Shown: in pieces, positions 62,776-64,000 of the stretch
Position numbering within the stretch: the stretch's first letter is position 1
How the letters are laid out: every line of letters begins with the position of its first letter
Assembly (NCBI GenBank): GCA_963802945.1
Contig: CAWDKY010000053.1
Location: 64,001 to 128,000 of the forward strand
DNA from: an uncultured delta proteobacterium
GTDB lineage: Bacteria > Desulfobacterota > RBG-13-43-22
DNA length: 64,000 nucleotides
Direction of reading: 5' to 3'
Notes under the pieces: generated by a model
Seen by the model: only the letters and a program-made list of their open reading frames with translations
Database searches by the model: none
What the model was told of the DNA's origin: nothing
Made by a program: the position numbers and the translations under genes

Positions 62776-63202
62776 GATTTCGGAGTTTCCTCATATCATT
62801 GAACCCCTCTATCTTGCCTTATGCCCCAATCTTGGCTCATACGCCAAAAGCCGCAAATCCCTCAGATCCAGCGGTTCCATTGAGTGGGTGCTGGAGAGGT
62901 TGTCCATTTAAAGGTAGGTGGAAGCCCTAGAGGATGGATAATGAATTCAGGCTTGGTGACGCCCAAAGTGGAACAGACCAGCCCTTCCAGGGCCTGTAGT
63001 AGCAACCCAAAAAGTAATTTGGCTGGAAAGCTACAGTTTTTTAAACGAAACTAATAATCTCGGATACTCACGGGCCTTTTTTCTAGCCGAGGCCTTGGGC
63101 TGGTTCCGTCACCGGCAACAATAGACCTTGAAAAAAGTAAACAAAAAGTATAACTTTAAAATATGTATTAATATATAATACAGCGTAGTTAGGAGAAATA
63201 CA

Positions 63203-64000
63203 ATGCCGATGACAGTTGCCGAGAAGATACTAGCCAAAACTTCGGGCAGAGAAAGCGTAAGGCCCGGCGAATATGTTACGGCCACTATAGACAAGTTCAT
63301 GTGCCATGAAGCGTTTGCGGCCGTTTACCTGAACCTTATATCGGTCGGAATCACCCAAATACCATATGCCGACAGGGTATTGGTCTTCCTCGACCACTAT
63401 GTACCGGCTCCGACTCAACGTGCCGCGGCAATTCATCAGTTGGTACGGAGCGGTGTCGAGAAATTGGGCATTATACATTATCACGGCGAACGCGTGGGAA
63501 TCGCCCACCAGGCAATGATGGAGCTGGGGCACGTTCATCCCGGTGAACTTATCGTTGGAACTGATTCACATACCTGCACTTATGGAGCTCTAGGCGCTGC
63601 GGCCACAGGTATAGGCATTTCCGAAATGACCTATGCGATCGCGACCGGCGAATTGTGGTTTCGTATTCCCGAGACCATACGGATTGTCCTATCCGGTCAA
63701 ATCCGATTTCCGACCATGTCCAAAGACATCATCTTGGCAATCGCGGGGGACTTTTCGTCTGAAGTTGCGCAGTATAAATCGATTGAATTTGCGGGTCCAG
63801 CTGCTCAGGCCATGAGTATTGACAGCAGGATAACCATGAGTAACATGTCGGTGGAAATCGGCGCCAAGTTCGGGCTTTTCGAGTTCGACGACAAGGCTTC
63901 CTTATATCTCGGACCTGCAAGTGTTGGCCTGTCCGGTGTGTATGCTGACATAGATGCGCAATATGAAAAAGTGTATCAGATAGAAGTAGGGAATGTCGAG
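63203..64000 (+). CDS. 3-isopropylmalate dehydratase/homoaconitase-family large subunit (3' end outside window)
   Basis: AGGAG RBS; MPMTVAEKILA, FLDHYVP, GIAHQ, PGELIVGTDSHTCTYGALGA, SKDIIL, RITMSNMSVEIGAK. Confidence 0.92.
   Translation, partial: MPMTVAEKILAKTSGRESVRPGEYVTATIDKFMCHEAFAAVYLNLISVGITQIPYADRVLVFLDHYVPAPTQRAAAIHQLVRSGVEKLGIIHYHGERVGIAHQAMMELGHVHPGELIVGTDSHTCTYGALGAAATGIGISEMTYAIATGELWFRIPETIRIVLSGQIRFPTMSKDIILAIAGDFSSEVAQYKSIEFAGPAAQAMSIDSRITMSNMSVEIGAKFGLFEFDDKASLYLGPASVGLSGVYADIDAQYEKVYQIEVGNVE

Noticed and set aside
62780-63110. Possible structured RNA or IS end upstream of the leuC-like gene
   Set aside because: Some complementarity (gccctagagg/cttccagggc) but no recognisable riboswitch, T-box or Leu-rich leader peptide.

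Overview
Bacterial genomic window, inferred from gene content to be an anaerobic Desulfobacterota/deltaproteobacterium-like organism. Scattered single-base frameshifts, also in uvrB and glgC, look like long-read errors. Left to right: (1) a >1313-aa NorD/CbbO-type VWA protein with a long helical-repeat N-terminus (absent from the ORF track, runs off the left edge) and its NorQ/CbbQ AAA ATPase, divergent from a Liv-type ABC transporter and two tandem class III CoA-transferases; (2) a CstA-family transporter, an 89-aa protein and two ArsA/Get3-type ATPases with reciprocally degenerate motifs; (3) a defence island (VapBC, ORF6N proteins, AAA-DUF4143 ATPase, type I R-M) in which three successive genes are each preceded by a copy of the same hairpin-containing repeat; (4) foreign-looking cassettes bounded by identical 52-bp hairpin repeats; (5) a housekeeping block (acyl-CoA dehydrogenase, uvrB, rmuC, acetyl-CoA hydrolase-GNAT, TolC, two glgC); (6) a 46-63 kb mosaic of orphan catabolic and exported-protein genes and IS91/IS3/IS110 remnants, separated by a recurring non-coding element family carrying sigma70-like promoters; (7) a partial leuC-like gene at the right edge. 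No rRNA, tRNA or CRISPR array was seen. All family calls come from motif recognition by eye, not from database searches.
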